64,000 bases of DNA. Source: Pseudomonadota bacterium. GTDB lineage: Bacteria; Desulfobacterota; Syntrophorhabdia; Syntrophorhabdales; Syntrophorhabdaceae. Location: the NCBI GenBank assembly GCA_026388275.1, contig JAPLKB010000059.1, positions 28,155 to 92,154 on the forward strand. The letters run 5' to 3'. Of this stretch, positions 1-10,236 are shown one piece after another. The notes below the pieces were generated by a model. It was not told the origin of the DNA. It ran no database searches and worked only from the letters and a program-made list of their open reading frames with translations. The translations under genes were made by a program, and so were the position numbers. The first letter of the stretch is position 1. Each line of letters opens with the position of its first letter.

Positions 1-96
1 ATTAAATCAGGAGTCGATAATTATATTGTAAAGCCCTTTACACCTGAAAAACTCCAGGGAGCAATTGACAAGGCGAGGGCAAGAATTGGAAAATAA
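1..96 (+). CDS. 3' end of a CheY-like response-regulator receiver gene (partial, runs off the window start)
   Basis: Frame 1 reads IKSGVDNYIVKPFTPEKLQGAIDKARARIGK, then TAA at 94-96. The Y-x-VKPF segment is the conserved C-terminal part of receiver domains. It lies directly upstream of cheX. Confidence 0.6.
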   Translation: MKSGVDNYIVKPFTPEKLQGAIDKARARIGK

Positions 97-117
97 ACTG
101 AAACACTGGGGGATCAA

Positions 118-600
118 ATGGAAGTAAAATATATTAACCCTTTTATATTGGCCACACAGACAGTCTTTAAGACAATGCTCGGCATTACTGTAGATATTGG
201 TAAGCCTGTTTTAAAAACCATAAACAGCACATCCGGCGATGTTACAGGCATAATGGGGCTTGTGGGCGATAAGAAAGGTATGATTGCGATAAGTTTAAGA
301 AATAGCGGTGCTATGTTTGTTTTTAAAACACTCATAGGTGAAGAATGCAATACAATAAGTGCAGAAGTTGTCGATGCAATCGGCGAGCTGACAAATATAA
401 TATCAGGCCAGGCGAGAAAAGAATTTGAAAAGACCGGTATAAATTTAAAAGCTGCAATACCGATGGTTGTGGTAGGCAATGCTGTAGAAATGAATTTTAT
501 TACGAAAATCCCTATAATTTCACTTCCGTTTTATTTTAATATTAATAATGGAAATGGAGGAGGAAAAGAAGTTATGTTTGTGGATTTTTCTTTTGAGTAA
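118..600 (+). CDS. cheX: CheX-type chemotaxis phosphatase
   Basis: 160 aa. N-terminal INPFI..T..VF..M, a GDVTGIMGLVGDKKG block and a GELTNIISGQA block are typical of the CheC/CheX family. It sits next to a receiver gene. Confidence 0.7.
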   Translation: MEVKYINPFILATQTVFKTMLGITVDIGKPVLKTINSTSGDVTGIMGLVGDKKGMIAISLRNSGAMFVFKTLIGEECNTISAEVVDAIGELTNIISGQARKEFEKTGINLKAAIPMVVVGNAVEMNFITKIPIISLPFYFNINNGNGGGKEVMFVDFSFE

Positions 601-678
601 TAAATCGAATGTATAGTTAAATCATAATTTATATCCTTATCTTGATTGGCGCAAAGCTTGTCTGTTATATTGTAGAAG

Positions 679-2331
679 ATGACAATAGATCTGCAGCAAG
701 ATAAAAGCGAAACCAACCTTACTGATTGTAAATCTGACCAGTTAATTTCCGAATCTTTATACCGCACCGTCTTTGAAACTACCGGTACTGCAACTATAAT
801 AATTGAAGAAGACACAATAATATCAAATGTGAACAGGAAGTTTGAAAGTCTGTCCGGATATTCGAAGGAACAAGTAGAGGGTAAAAAAAGCTGGACAGAT
901 TTTATCGAAAAAAGTTGCCTTGAAAAAATGATAATGTACCATAAGACAAGGAGGGTTGATCCTGATAGTGCGCCCGGAAGTTATGAATGTCAATTTATTG
1001 ACAGAAACGGCGATGTAAGGGATGTGTATGTAACTGTTGCGATTATTCCGGGCACAAAAAAGAGTGTGGTGTCAATTCTTGATATTACTGAGTCCATAAA
1101 GGCCCGGCAGGCGCTGCAGGAAAGCGAAACCAAATTCAAATTATTATTTCAAAAGTCTGTTGACCCTATTTTGCTGCTTGATAGTAACAAGTTTACCGAC
1201 TGCAATGATGCTGCCTGCAAAATAATGCATTGTACTTCAAAGGAACAGTTGTTAGGGCTTTCTCCTACGCAAGTATCTCCCGAAATACAGCCTGATGGCC
1301 GGCTCACATCTGATAAGGGAAGAGAGGTTTTTGATACGGCAGAAAAGGAAGGAAGCAGTTTTTTTGAATGGGTGCACATTAATCGGGATAACGAACCCTT
1401 CTGGGCAGAAGTATCGCTGACAGCAGTCCCGATAAAAGGAAAAAAATATCTATATACAGTGTGGAGAGACATTACAAAGCGCAAACAGGCTGAGGCAGCA
1501 TTACAGGAATCTGAAGAGCGTTATAAAACTGCTATTGAAAACTCCAATGACGGTATCTTAATTGTAAAGGATGGGAGGTATGTTTCCGTCAACCGTAGAC
1601 TTGTAGAGATGCTCGGTTATGAAAGTGCCGGAGAAATTGAAGGAAAAGACATCGGGATGACAATTCATCCTGATTATGTCGATAAGGTTATGGGTATTTC
1701 TATAGAACAAAACAGTAAAGAACGTCTTGCCACTGCATATGAAATCAAGCATATCAAAAAAGACGGAACATTCATTGATACCGAAGCCTCGATAACAAAG
1801 ACAACATTAAAAGGAGAGGCGGTATTGCTTGTATACCTGAGGGATACTACCCATCGCAACCTTGCCAAAGAAGCGCTGAAAAAAAGAGAAAATGAACTGG
1901 AGATAAAATCTATTAATCTTGAAGAAGCCAACATTGCTTTAAAAGTATTGCTTAAGCACAGGGAGGAGGATAAAAAGGCCCTTAAAGATACAATCCTGGC
2001 TAATGTCCAGGAACTGGTGTTCCCGTATATTGAAAGGTTGAAAAATGGACACTTAAGCGACAACCAGATAGTGTATCTGGGCATACTTGAAACAAACTTG
2101 AGAGATATTATATCTCCGTTTTTACAGAAGATGACCTCAAACTATTCCACTTTTACGCCAACTGAAATCCAGGTTGCCGGTCTTATCAAGAACGGTAAAA
2201 CGAGCAAGGAAATTGCAGAGCTTATGAATATATCAACGGGTACAATTGATACCCACAGAAACAGCATCAGAAGCAAGCTTGATTTAAACAACAAAAAGAT
2301 AAATCTGCGAACCTATTTGCTGTCCCTATAA
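679..2331 (+). CDS. Multi-PAS sensor fused to a LuxR-type HTH transcriptional regulator
   Basis: 550 aa with repeated PAS/PAC-like blocks (..WRDITKRKQAEAALQESEERYK..). The C-terminal TPTEIQVAGLIKNGKTSKEIAELMNISTGTIDTHRNSIRSKL is a LuxR/GerE HTH. Confidence 0.8.
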   Translation: MTIDLQQDKSETNLTDCKSDQLISESLYRTVFETTGTATIIIEEDTIISNVNRKFESLSGYSKEQVEGKKSWTDFIEKSCLEKMIMYHKTRRVDPDSAPGSYECQFIDRNGDVRDVYVTVAIIPGTKKSVVSILDITESIKARQALQESETKFKLLFQKSVDPILLLDSNKFTDCNDAACKIMHCTSKEQLLGLSPTQVSPEIQPDGRLTSDKGREVFDTAEKEGSSFFEWVHINRDNEPFWAEVSLTAVPIKGKKYLYTVWRDITKRKQAEAALQESEERYKTAIENSNDGILIVKDGRYVSVNRRLVEMLGYESAGEIEGKDIGMTIHPDYVDKVMGISIEQNSKERLATAYEIKHIKKDGTFIDTEASITKTTLKGEAVLLVYLRDTTHRNLAKEALKKRENELEIKSINLEEANIALKVLLKHREEDKKALKDTILANVQELVFPYIERLKNGHLSDNQIVYLGILETNLRDIISPFLQKMTSNYSTFTPTEIQVAGLIKNGKTSKEIAELMNISTGTIDTHRNSIRSKLDLNNKKINLRTYLLSL

Positions 2332-3017
2332 AATATATAGACAATCTATATATAATGTATATAATAAATCAATAACATATTATTTAAGTTTTCCATTATA
2401 ATATCGAGAATAGTCAGTATGAACTACATGTTATATAAATGGCTATATAAAAAAGACATGGTATACAAAAATATAACTTTTTTTATGTATGCCCAGGAAC
2501 AAGTAAAGCAAATATTAAAAAAAGCTCACCAAGGCAAAACCCCCGCAGGGTTAACTTCAGAAAAATATTTTGTTGCATTTAAACAGTTAGCCCATGAAAG
2601 AGAACAGTTTACAACTCCCCCCCCAACACGTATGCTACTCTTCAGGGGGTTTTGCCTTTTCCCTCCCTTTTTTAAAAAGAATAATTATCTGTTTAAGTCG
2701 AAGTAAGCAATTTTTTTCTTGGCAGAAGCCCTTAGCGTTATCTAAAAGGTTAATAATTTGACAAGTAAGAAACTTGTTTTCAATAAGTATGAAGCCTTTA
2801 GATTTAATCCTGTTAACCAAATGATATAATGAATGATTCCAGAAAGCGGTTTTCAAGACTGTTAAACGATGGCGTTTTGATTCGAACCGGATTTTTAATA
2901 GTAACTTACTGTTATGGCAGGCATTTTGCATATAAATAAAAGTCCCCCTTACTGGCAAGCATTCATGCAAAGCAAGGTAGATCAAAACATATAAGGAAAT
3001 TTATTGAGCATTAAACG

Positions 3018-5114
3018 ATGAAAGAAGACCAAAGCAAGAAAATAAACCAGTCTGTAAGCCAGCAGATTATCGATATTATTGAATTTTTACCTGATGCAAC
3101 ATTTATTATTGACAAAGATAAAAAGGTTATAGCCTGGAACAATGCAATAGAGAAACTAACAGGTGTAAAAAAGGCTGATATTATCGGGAAGGGGGATTAT
3201 GCATATACAATCCCTTTTTATGGTGAACGCAGACCGGTACTGGCGGATATTATTCAAATGCATAACAAAGAGATCGAATCACATTATCAGTATGTTGAAA
3301 GAGAGAGGGATACGATATTTGCAGAAACATATATTCCTAAATTTGCTGCCCGGCAGGGTGTGTTTCTCTCGTTAAAGGCGTCACTTCTTTATGACAATAA
3401 TGGAAATGTGGTTGGTGCTATTGAGTCCATACTTGATATTACTGTCAGAAAACGTACCGAAGAGATGCTGCGGAAGGCCAATGATGAACTTGAGGAGCGT
3501 GTAAACAAGCGGACAGCGGATCTTAAGAAAATCAATGAAGAACTTATGCATGAGATTGAAGAGCGTAAAAAGGTAGAAAGAGAACTTATTGAATCAATGC
3601 AGCTTTTTAACGATATTATCAATTTTCTGCCTGATGCAACCATGGTTGTTGATCTTGATGGAAAAGTGATAGCCTGGAATCATGCCTTAGAGAAAATGTC
3701 GGGGGTCAGAGCAGAAGATATACTGGGTAAAGGAGACTATGAATATGCCATCCCGTTTTACGGCAAGAGAAGACCTGCGCTTTTGGACATATTCCTTTAT
3801 TCTGATAATGAGCTGGAGAAGCAATACAAAAAAGTTCAAAGAAAAAACGGGCTGCTTAAAGCCGAAGTATATGTGGAGAACTTAAATGGTCGCGAGGCAT
3901 ATTTCATTGCAACAGCATCGGCACTCCATGATTCTACCGGAAATATTATCGGAGCAATTGAAACAATACATGATATTACTAACAGGAAACGAACAGAAGA
4001 AGCTTTGAAAAGTGCTGAGGTAAAGTATGGAAATATCTTTGAGAATGCTGTAGAAGGTATTTTTCAGACAACCCTGAAGGGAAATTTTATTGATGTAAAC
4101 CCGGCATTTGCCCGGATTTTTGGCTACAGTTCGCCTCAAGTATTAATTGAAACGATTACAGACATCGGCAAACAGATGTATGTAAATCCCGAAGCACGTT
4201 TACAATTTATCGACATGATACTGCAGGAAGATAGAATGATTAATTATGAAGCGGAATGTTACCGGGCAGACGGAAGTACTATATGGATATCTCAGAGCGC
4301 ACGGGCAGTACGGAACGAAGAAGGAGCCCTCCTGTATTTAGAAGGGTTTCTTGAGGATATTACGGAAAAGAAAAAGGTGGAGGAAGAGTCTTACAGGATG
4401 AAAAAACTTGAATCTGTCGGTATTCTTGCAGGAGGTATTGCTCATGATTTCAACAATATGCTCGCGGCGATACTGGGCAATACATCCTTTGCGAAGATGT
4501 TGATAGACCCTGCGAGTAAGCCGTTTAGTTTGCTCGATAAGGCTGAAAAAGTACTAATAAATGCAAGTGAACTGATAAAAAAATTAATTACCTTTTCAAA
4601 AGGAGGCACCCCTTCACCACAGCCCATATCTGTTGGAAAGCTTGTCAGGAAGACGGCAATGCATGTCCTCAAGGATTTTCCATATATAAAATGCAGGTAC
4701 AATATGCATGAAGATATCCCCACCCTCATGCTTGATGAAGGACAGATAAAACAGGTAATTTCCAATATTATCGACAATGCCAGGGAATCTATGCCTGATG
4801 GAGGTTACGTTAACATATCTATAGACAATACTGCAATTACATCAAAAGACAATATCCCTCAGAGCGAAGGGAGATATGTTAAGATTTCTATAAAGGATCA
4901 TGGTACAGGTATTGCGGCAGATGATATTTCAAAGGTCTTTGACCCATATTTCAGCACTAAAGAGATGGGATCACAAAAAGGGATGGGTCTGGGATTAGCT
5001 GTTTGTTATTCTATTGTCAAAAATCATGGCGGGTTTATTACTGTTGAATCAGAAGTAGGAAAAGGCAGTATATTCGGTATATTTTTACCTTTACCAATGT
5101 CATATCCGGGATAA
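3018..5114 (+). CDS. PAS-domain sensor histidine kinase (three PAS modules, HisKA, HATPase)
   Basis: 698 aa. It has two near-duplicate N-terminal PAS modules (FLPDAT..IAWN.A.EK..GV....GKGDY.Y.IPFYG.RRP). H-box is GGIAHDFNNMLAAILG. ATPase boxes are DNARESM, DHGTGI and GMGLGLAV. Confidence 0.85.
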   Translation: MKEDQSKKINQSVSQQIIDIIEFLPDATFIIDKDKKVIAWNNAIEKLTGVKKADIIGKGDYAYTIPFYGERRPVLADIIQMHNKEIESHYQYVERERDTIFAETYIPKFAARQGVFLSLKASLLYDNNGNVVGAIESILDITVRKRTEEMLRKANDELEERVNKRTADLKKINEELMHEIEERKKVERELIESMQLFNDIINFLPDATMVVDLDGKVIAWNHALEKMSGVRAEDILGKGDYEYAIPFYGKRRPALLDIFLYSDNELEKQYKKVQRKNGLLKAEVYVENLNGREAYFIATASALHDSTGNIIGAIETIHDITNRKRTEEALKSAEVKYGNIFENAVEGIFQTTLKGNFIDVNPAFARIFGYSSPQVLIETITDIGKQMYVNPEARLQFIDMILQEDRMINYEAECYRADGSTIWISQSARAVRNEEGALLYLEGFLEDITEKKKVEEESYRMKKLESVGILAGGIAHDFNNMLAAILGNTSFAKMLIDPASKPFSLLDKAEKVLINASELIKKLITFSKGGTPSPQPISVGKLVRKTAMHVLKDFPYIKCRYNMHEDIPTLMLDEGQIKQVISNIIDNARESMPDGGYVNISIDNTAITSKDNIPQSEGRYVKISIKDHGTGIAADDISKVFDPYFSTKEMGSQKGMGLGLAVCYSIVKNHGGFITVESEVGKGSIFGIFLPLPMSYPG

Positions 5115-5215
5115 TATATTTTGTAATGCTCAAGAGACGACAAGGCTATTTACCAGATAAACAAGTGCCGGATATGTATCTTTAAAAAAACGATCAGGGA
5201 ATTAAGTGATTAATA

Positions 5216-6076
5216 CTACGTTTTTCTGTTTATATACTCATACTGTTTGTTTACAAAGGCGTTTGCTAAGACCTTCAGGTTTTTGACTCTGTTTGTCCAT
5301 CCATCTAAGTATTTTCCATATCTTTCCGGTTTTAATTGAGCCAGTCGTTTGTAACGGTCAAGTCTCAATCCTAAGTATTTGTCAATGTTCCCGCCGGATT
5401 GTCGAAGGATTTTCCTAGCCATTGACGGGCTGTTTACATAAGTGTCAAAATGTACAACGCTTAAAGGGTAAGGCAAAGACCCAGCGCCGGACTTATCCCA
5501 TATTTTTCTGTAAATTGTTTCAGCGTCAGCCATTGTCAGGCTCCTTATATTTCCTTTATAACCATATTCCCTTGCTGTTGATTCAACAATTCCGAATTTT
5601 GATGATTCTTTTCCTCCCCCATCTTCTTTCACAAGATTTGACCCTTCATGCTTAAAGACGGTTTTCAGACCTTCTTTGAACTTTGCATTATCATCAAGGT
5701 CGAGTGTTTTCAGGGGATCTAAAACAGATATTGGTCCGTTGGCTGCATCCTTTCTTAGGTTGATGTCTTTACTGTAAAGTTGTTTTAATGATGAAGTTAG
5801 GATTTGCTCGAAACTGATATTATTAATATAACTATAATTATTAAATGCCTTGTTTTCTCTGTTTCCGAACGTAATCATTTGTAAGGGGGGTAATCCCTGT
5901 ATAGTTTTTGGATCTGACATGCAATATTTATATGCATTTTCCATGCCTAATAATTGATTGGGTCTTTGGCGGGTAAACGGATGAAGTTTTTTAGGCCTGG
6001 ATGCCAATACCATGCTTTTGCTGCTCTTTGAAGAAGGTACTAAATGGCAAATCTGTAAAAATATGCTGTGTGTCAT
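5216..6076 (-). CDS. Glycoside hydrolase family 108-like (N-acetylmuramidase-like) protein; true start uncertain
   Basis: The C-terminal half reads VFKHEGSNLVKEDGGGKESSKFGIVESTAREYGYKGNIRSLTMADAETIYRKIW...VVHFDTYVNSP. This matches the GH108 pattern (HEGG...DPGG.T.YGI...A..IY...YW....FD.AVN.G). The N-terminal ~130 aa are unassigned. Confidence 0.55.
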   Translation of the reverse strand: MTHSIFLQICHLVPSSKSSKSMVLASRPKKLHPFTRQRPNQLLGMENAYKYCMSDPKTIQGLPPLQMITFGNRENKAFNNYSYINNISFEQILTSSLKQLYSKDINLRKDAANGPISVLDPLKTLDLDDNAKFKEGLKTVFKHEGSNLVKEDGGGKESSKFGIVESTAREYGYKGNIRSLTMADAETIYRKIWDKSGAGSLPYPLSVVHFDTYVNSPSMARKILRQSGGNIDKYLGLRLDRYKRLAQLKPERYGKYLDGWTNRVKNLKVLANAFVNKQYEYINRKT

Positions 6077-6237
6077 AAATTTAACATGGAATTTTCCATC
6101 AAATATATGGTGTATTATAATGTCTTTAATTATATATTGATTTTCCTTAAAATTTTGTTAGACTTACCTATTGTATTAATGGGGAGAAGCAAACAGTATT
6201 AGAGATTTATTGTAATACGCATAACAAAGGAGCAACA

Positions 6238-6534
6238 TTGCCAAAGATCCCGTTAAACAATCTTCAACCTGGAATGATGATTACAAGACAGGTTCTCAAT
6301 GAAAGCGGCATGGTTTTACTAAGCGAAAATACTGAGTTGACTGAGGCCACAATAGAGAAACTAAAAAAAATGAATGTTGAGGGTGTTTATGTAAAAGGTT
6401 TGTCAAAACCGGAAAGACCGAAGGAAGAGGTTTTGCTGGAATTATATAAAAGATTTGAAAAAGTGGAGCACGAACCATATATGGATGTGTTAAAAAAGGT
6501 GCTTAAAGAGCACATTGAAGGACTTTATGAATAA
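6238..6534 (+). CDS. Small hypothetical protein; resembles the stand-alone N-terminal module seen in front of HD-type c-di-GMP signalling proteins
   Basis: 98 aa with a TTG start preceded by AAGGAG. The LQPGMMITRQVLNESGMVLLSENTELTEATIEKLKKMNVEGVYV pattern is present. Its end overlaps the following HDOD gene. Confidence 0.45.
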   Translation: MPKIPLNNLQPGMMITRQVLNESGMVLLSENTELTEATIEKLKKMNVEGVYVKGLSKPERPKEEVLLELYKRFEKVEHEPYMDVLKKVLKEHIEGLYE

Positions 6535-7366
6535 ACTTGATACAAAGCTGATGCGCCATAAAGTTGAAAACATTGATACATTGCCGACAATTCCCGGAGC
6601 ATTGAAAAAAGTTTTAAAAGTACTTGAAAATCAAAAGGTTTCGCTAAACGAGATTGGTAATTTTATATCAAACGACCCTGTTCTTACCACAAAGGTTTTA
6701 AAGATGGTAAATTCTCCAATATATGGTTTTCCAGGTAGGATATCGTCAGTAAGTCAGGCAGTAATTCTCCTCGGGTTAAATGTTTTAAAGGGTTTGCTGC
6801 TCGGCGTTTCTGTTTTTGAACTCATGCAGAGGTCCATGGTTGGACTCTGGGAACACTCTTTGGGTTGTTCTATAGTTGCCAGACTAATAGCAAAAAAAAT
6901 AGGCTTGAAAGAACCGGAAGAGGTTTCCATCGCCGGTTTGCTCCATGATATCGGCAAGGTCGTTATGATCCTGCAATTCCAGGAACATTATGAGTATGCA
7001 ATGAAACAGGCTGAAGACAAGGATATTATTATTTCAGCGGCAGAAGAGGATGTTTTTGCAGTAACTCATGCTGATGTCGGGACGTGGATGACTCAGAAAT
7101 GGAGATTTCCAGGGAACCTGATTGAAGCGATTCGATACCACCACAAACCTCATTTGTCAAAAAGTGTACCTATTGAGACGGCTATTGTTTACATCTCCGA
7201 TATACTCATACGTGCAAGGGGTTTCGGTTTTGCTGGCGACAATATGGTTCCAATCATGAATCCTGCCATCTGGGAAAGCCTTAATATGACTGAATCTGAT
7301 CTAAAGGATATTTTTAAAGAAATGGATGATTCAATAGAAGATGCAGGTGTATTAGTTCTCGAATGA
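6515..7366 (+). CDS. HDOD domain protein
   Basis: 283 aa. LPTIPGALKKVLKVLEN...LNEIGNFISNDPVLTTKVLKMVNSPIYGFPGRISSVSQAVILLG, then WEHSLG...LLHDIGKVV. This is the classic HDOD layout. Confidence 0.8.
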   Translation: MKDFMNKLDTKLMRHKVENIDTLPTIPGALKKVLKVLENQKVSLNEIGNFISNDPVLTTKVLKMVNSPIYGFPGRISSVSQAVILLGLNVLKGLLLGVSVFELMQRSMVGLWEHSLGCSIVARLIAKKIGLKEPEEVSIAGLLHDIGKVVMILQFQEHYEYAMKQAEDKDIIISAAEEDVFAVTHADVGTWMTQKWRFPGNLIEAIRYHHKPHLSKSVPIETAIVYISDILIRARGFGFAGDNMVPIMNPAIWESLNMTESDLKDIFKEMDDSIEDAGVLVLE

Positions 7367-7370
7367 TTAT

Positions 7371-8300
7371 ATGAAGATGAAAACGATTGTTGTAATATCA
7401 GACGATGCGCTTCTTATAAATATTATTCTAAAAAGTCTGAATATTTCATATAATGTGATAGTTTTCAATGGGGTTGCCTCTGCGCTTGACTGTATTTATA
7501 ATTCCATACCTGATCTGGTTGTCGTTGAAATTGCTTTAAACGATACCACTACTATCGATATTTTAAGTAGTTTGAAGAGCGATCCCATGTTCAGCCAATT
7601 GCCTCTTCTTGTTACTTTACATGAAAATACGGTAATACCGGAATTGAACTCTTTTTTCGTTGATGACTATATAAAGATATCAGACATCGAAAAAGAGATA
7701 CTGCCGAGAGTTGAGCTCTGTATTGCAAGGTCCGAGAGGGTTGTGGAAATCAATCCCCTGACAAGGCTACCGGGAAATATTTCGATTAATAAGCAGATAC
7801 AAGACAGACTTGATGCAAATGAGATATTTGCCCTTGCATACCTGGATATTGATCATTTTAAGCCTTTCAACGATAAGTACGGGTTCAGCCGGGGGGATGA
7901 GGTTATAAAAATAGCAGGGCGGCTGATCCTGAATATTGTTAAAAATAAGCAGGCTCAATATAGTTTTATAGGACATATCGGTGGAGATGATTTTATATAT
8001 ATAATGAATATAGATGTTATCGAAGAAACATCTGCAGAGATTATTGATGCGTTCAATAGAATAATTCAGACATTTTATGATCCGGAAGATAGAGAAAAAG
8101 GTTATATCCAGTCAATAGACAGACAGGGCAATACTAAAATATTTTCTTTTATGACAGTTTCGATTGGTATAGCAAGTAATAAATATTGTAATTTTGTCCA
8201 TTATGGAGAGATTACAGAGGTTGCATCAAAAATGAAAGCACTGGCAAAGCGTTCGAAGGGCGGTAACTTTAAGATAGATAGGAGAACCGTATCCGCATAA
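7371..8300 (+). CDS. Degenerate receiver fused to a GGDEF-family domain (GGDDF variant)
   Basis: 309 aa. The N-terminal CheY-like fold has Glu where the phospho-Asp is expected (DLVVVEIALND). The C-terminus reads NPLTRLPGN...LDIDHFKPFNDKYGFSRGDEV...HIGGDDFIYI. Confidence 0.7.
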   Translation: MKMKTIVVISDDALLINIILKSLNISYNVIVFNGVASALDCIYNSIPDLVVVEIALNDTTTIDILSSLKSDPMFSQLPLLVTLHENTVIPELNSFFVDDYIKISDIEKEILPRVELCIARSERVVEINPLTRLPGNISINKQIQDRLDANEIFALAYLDIDHFKPFNDKYGFSRGDEVIKIAGRLILNIVKNKQAQYSFIGHIGGDDFIYIMNIDVIEETSAEIIDAFNRIIQTFYDPEDREKGYIQSIDRQGNTKIFSFMTVSIGIASNKYCNFVHYGEITEVASKMKALAKRSKGGNFKIDRRTVSA

Positions 8301-8322
8301 AGCGCAGGGCACTGAAGAAAAT

Positions 8323-8451
8323 CTAAAATGAAGGCGTCAAAGTGGAAAGAAGATATTTTACCAAATCATGTCTTTCTTTAAGATTCAGTGAAAAATAAAA
8401 CCTGCTTTCCATTAAACTCTTGACGATATCCTTAACTGTTTTTAAATCCAT
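8323..8451 (-). CDS. Candidate 42-aa small protein (below the ORF-track cutoff)
   Basis: The reverse strand reads AAGGAG-ctttaa-ATG, then MDLKTVKDIVKSLMESRFYFSLNLKERHDLVKYLLSTLTPSF, then TAG. It sits in an otherwise empty 350-bp gap. No family was recognised. Confidence 0.3.
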   Translation of the reverse strand: MDLKTVKDIVKSLMESRFYFSLNLKERHDLVKYLLSTLTPSF

Positions 8452-8652
8452 TTAAAGCTCCTTAATCTCTTTATCGGTTTTTTTAGAAAAAAATTAATAT
8501 ACAACATAGGCTCCCTGATTCTTGTTGTTATAACCTGTCAATATTGTTCTGTTAAGAAATCTGTATTTTATTTTCTGTAATAAAAAGGTATATACTATGT
8601 GAAATTGCCTTAATGCTTTAAATAATTAATTACATTAGAGTGCAGGAAATAA

Positions 8653-10086
8653 ATGGATAAAGGTAAAATCATTGTTGTGGAGGACGAAGCAAGTATCCTG
8701 CAAATGCTGACTGAGTTTTTACGAGACAGCGGTTATACGGTAGATCCTTTTTTGGAAAGCAAACAGGCGTTATCAGCTCTGAAGAACAATAATTACAATG
8801 TTTTAATTACCGATCTTTCGATGCCCAAGATAGACGGACTTCAGTTGATAAACTATATTCAGAAGGAATACCTTGATACTCTCGGTATTGTCATGACGGG
8901 TTATGGTAGTCTTGAGACAGCTATAAGTGCCATGAGGTTCGGTGCTTTTGACTATATACTGAAACCCTTTAACTTTGATGAGATTCTTGCAATCGTTAAT
9001 TCTGCAATATACTATTACAAACTATTGAAAAACGAGAACATCCCGAAAGGATTGACATTAAAGGCAAACCTCTTAAGACGATACTCTGAAAGTAAAATCA
9101 TACGGGAAAATACAATATTAAGGAATTGCCTTAAGGATAAATACAAGTTTGAAAACATTATTGGAATTAGCTTCGGCATACAGAAAGTGTTTGAGCTTAT
9201 TGAAAAAGTTGCTGATACAGGTGCAACCGTATTGGTTACCGGCGAGAGCGGTGTCGGTAAAGAGCTTGTAGCAAAAGCGATACACTATAATTCATCGAAA
9301 AAGGATAACCCTCTTGTTGTTGTAAATTGTGGTGCTATCCCGGAAACTTTGCTTGAAAGTGAGCTTTTCGGTTATGAGAAGGGCGCTTTTACCGGTGCAG
9401 TGAATACAAGGTACGGTAGGTTTGAGCTTGCTCACGGCGGCACCATCTTTCTTGACGAAATAGGCGATATGAGTTTTAATCTTCAGGTAAAACTTCTGCG
9501 CGTACTTCAAGAAAAAACATTTGAAAGAATCGGCGGATCAAAAACCATTAAGGTTGATTTACGGATTATTGCGGCTACCAATAGAAATCTGGAGGAACTT
9601 GTAAGGGAAGGCAAATTCAGGGAAGACCTGTATTATCGTTTGAGTGTTGTTCCTATACAAATACCACCCTTAAGGGAAAGAAGACAGGACATACCTCTTT
9701 TACTCAATTATTTCCTCGAAAAATCAAATACTATAAACGGTGCAGGCATTGAAGGTTTTTCAGAAGAAGTAATGGATGTTTTGATGAATTATGGATATCC
9801 CGGAAATGTACGGGAACTCCAAAATATCGTTGAAAGAATTGTGGTTTTAAAAAAGAAAGGCTGCATTGGCATAGAAGATTTGCCTGAAAAATTCTGGAGC
9901 ATAGAAGATGAACCCGGGCAGGTAGATATTCAGAAGGGGTATGATACGCTTGTATCAGAGTTCGAGAAAAATATAATTGCTAAGGCTCTCCAGGAAACAA
10001 ACGGGGTTAAAAGCAAAGCCGCCCAGATGCTCAACATGAATAGAACCACCCTTATTGAAAAAATGAAGCGTCTCAAGATGGAATAA
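8653..10086 (+). CDS. Sigma-54-dependent response regulator (REC, AAA+, Fis-type HTH), NtrC family
   Basis: 477 aa. Receiver with ITDLSMPKIDG. AAA+ region with GESGVGKE, GAFTGA, FLDEIG and RVIAATN-type blocks. C-terminal HTH is KSKAAQMLNMNRTTLIEKMKR. Confidence 0.85.
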   Translation: MDKGKIIVVEDEASILQMLTEFLRDSGYTVDPFLESKQALSALKNNNYNVLITDLSMPKIDGLQLINYIQKEYLDTLGIVMTGYGSLETAISAMRFGAFDYILKPFNFDEILAIVNSAIYYYKLLKNENIPKGLTLKANLLRRYSESKIIRENTILRNCLKDKYKFENIIGISFGIQKVFELIEKVADTGATVLVTGESGVGKELVAKAIHYNSSKKDNPLVVVNCGAIPETLLESELFGYEKGAFTGAVNTRYGRFELAHGGTIFLDEIGDMSFNLQVKLLRVLQEKTFERIGGSKTIKVDLRIIAATNRNLEELVREGKFREDLYYRLSVVPIQIPPLRERRQDIPLLLNYFLEKSNTINGAGIEGFSEEVMDVLMNYGYPGNVRELQNIVERIVVLKKKGCIGIEDLPEKFWSIEDEPGQVDIQKGYDTLVSEFEKNIIAKALQETNGVKSKAAQMLNMNRTTLIEKMKRLKME

Positions 10087-10236
10087 TTTTCCCATTCATG
10101 TCAAAATAATGACGAAGGGCAGTCAGTTGTAGCAACTCGTGTAATAAAATTAAATGTCATGAATTAACAAGGTTTTTTCTGTTTAAAATTTGTAATACAA
10201 TGCCTTTCTCCCATCATGCATTATCCGCTGATGTAT

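Noticed and set aside
2860-2900. tRNA-like GGTTCGAATC on the reverse strand
   Set aside because: The flanking bases cannot form a T-arm stem, and no acceptor or anticodon arms are discernible. It is a chance match to the T-loop consensus.
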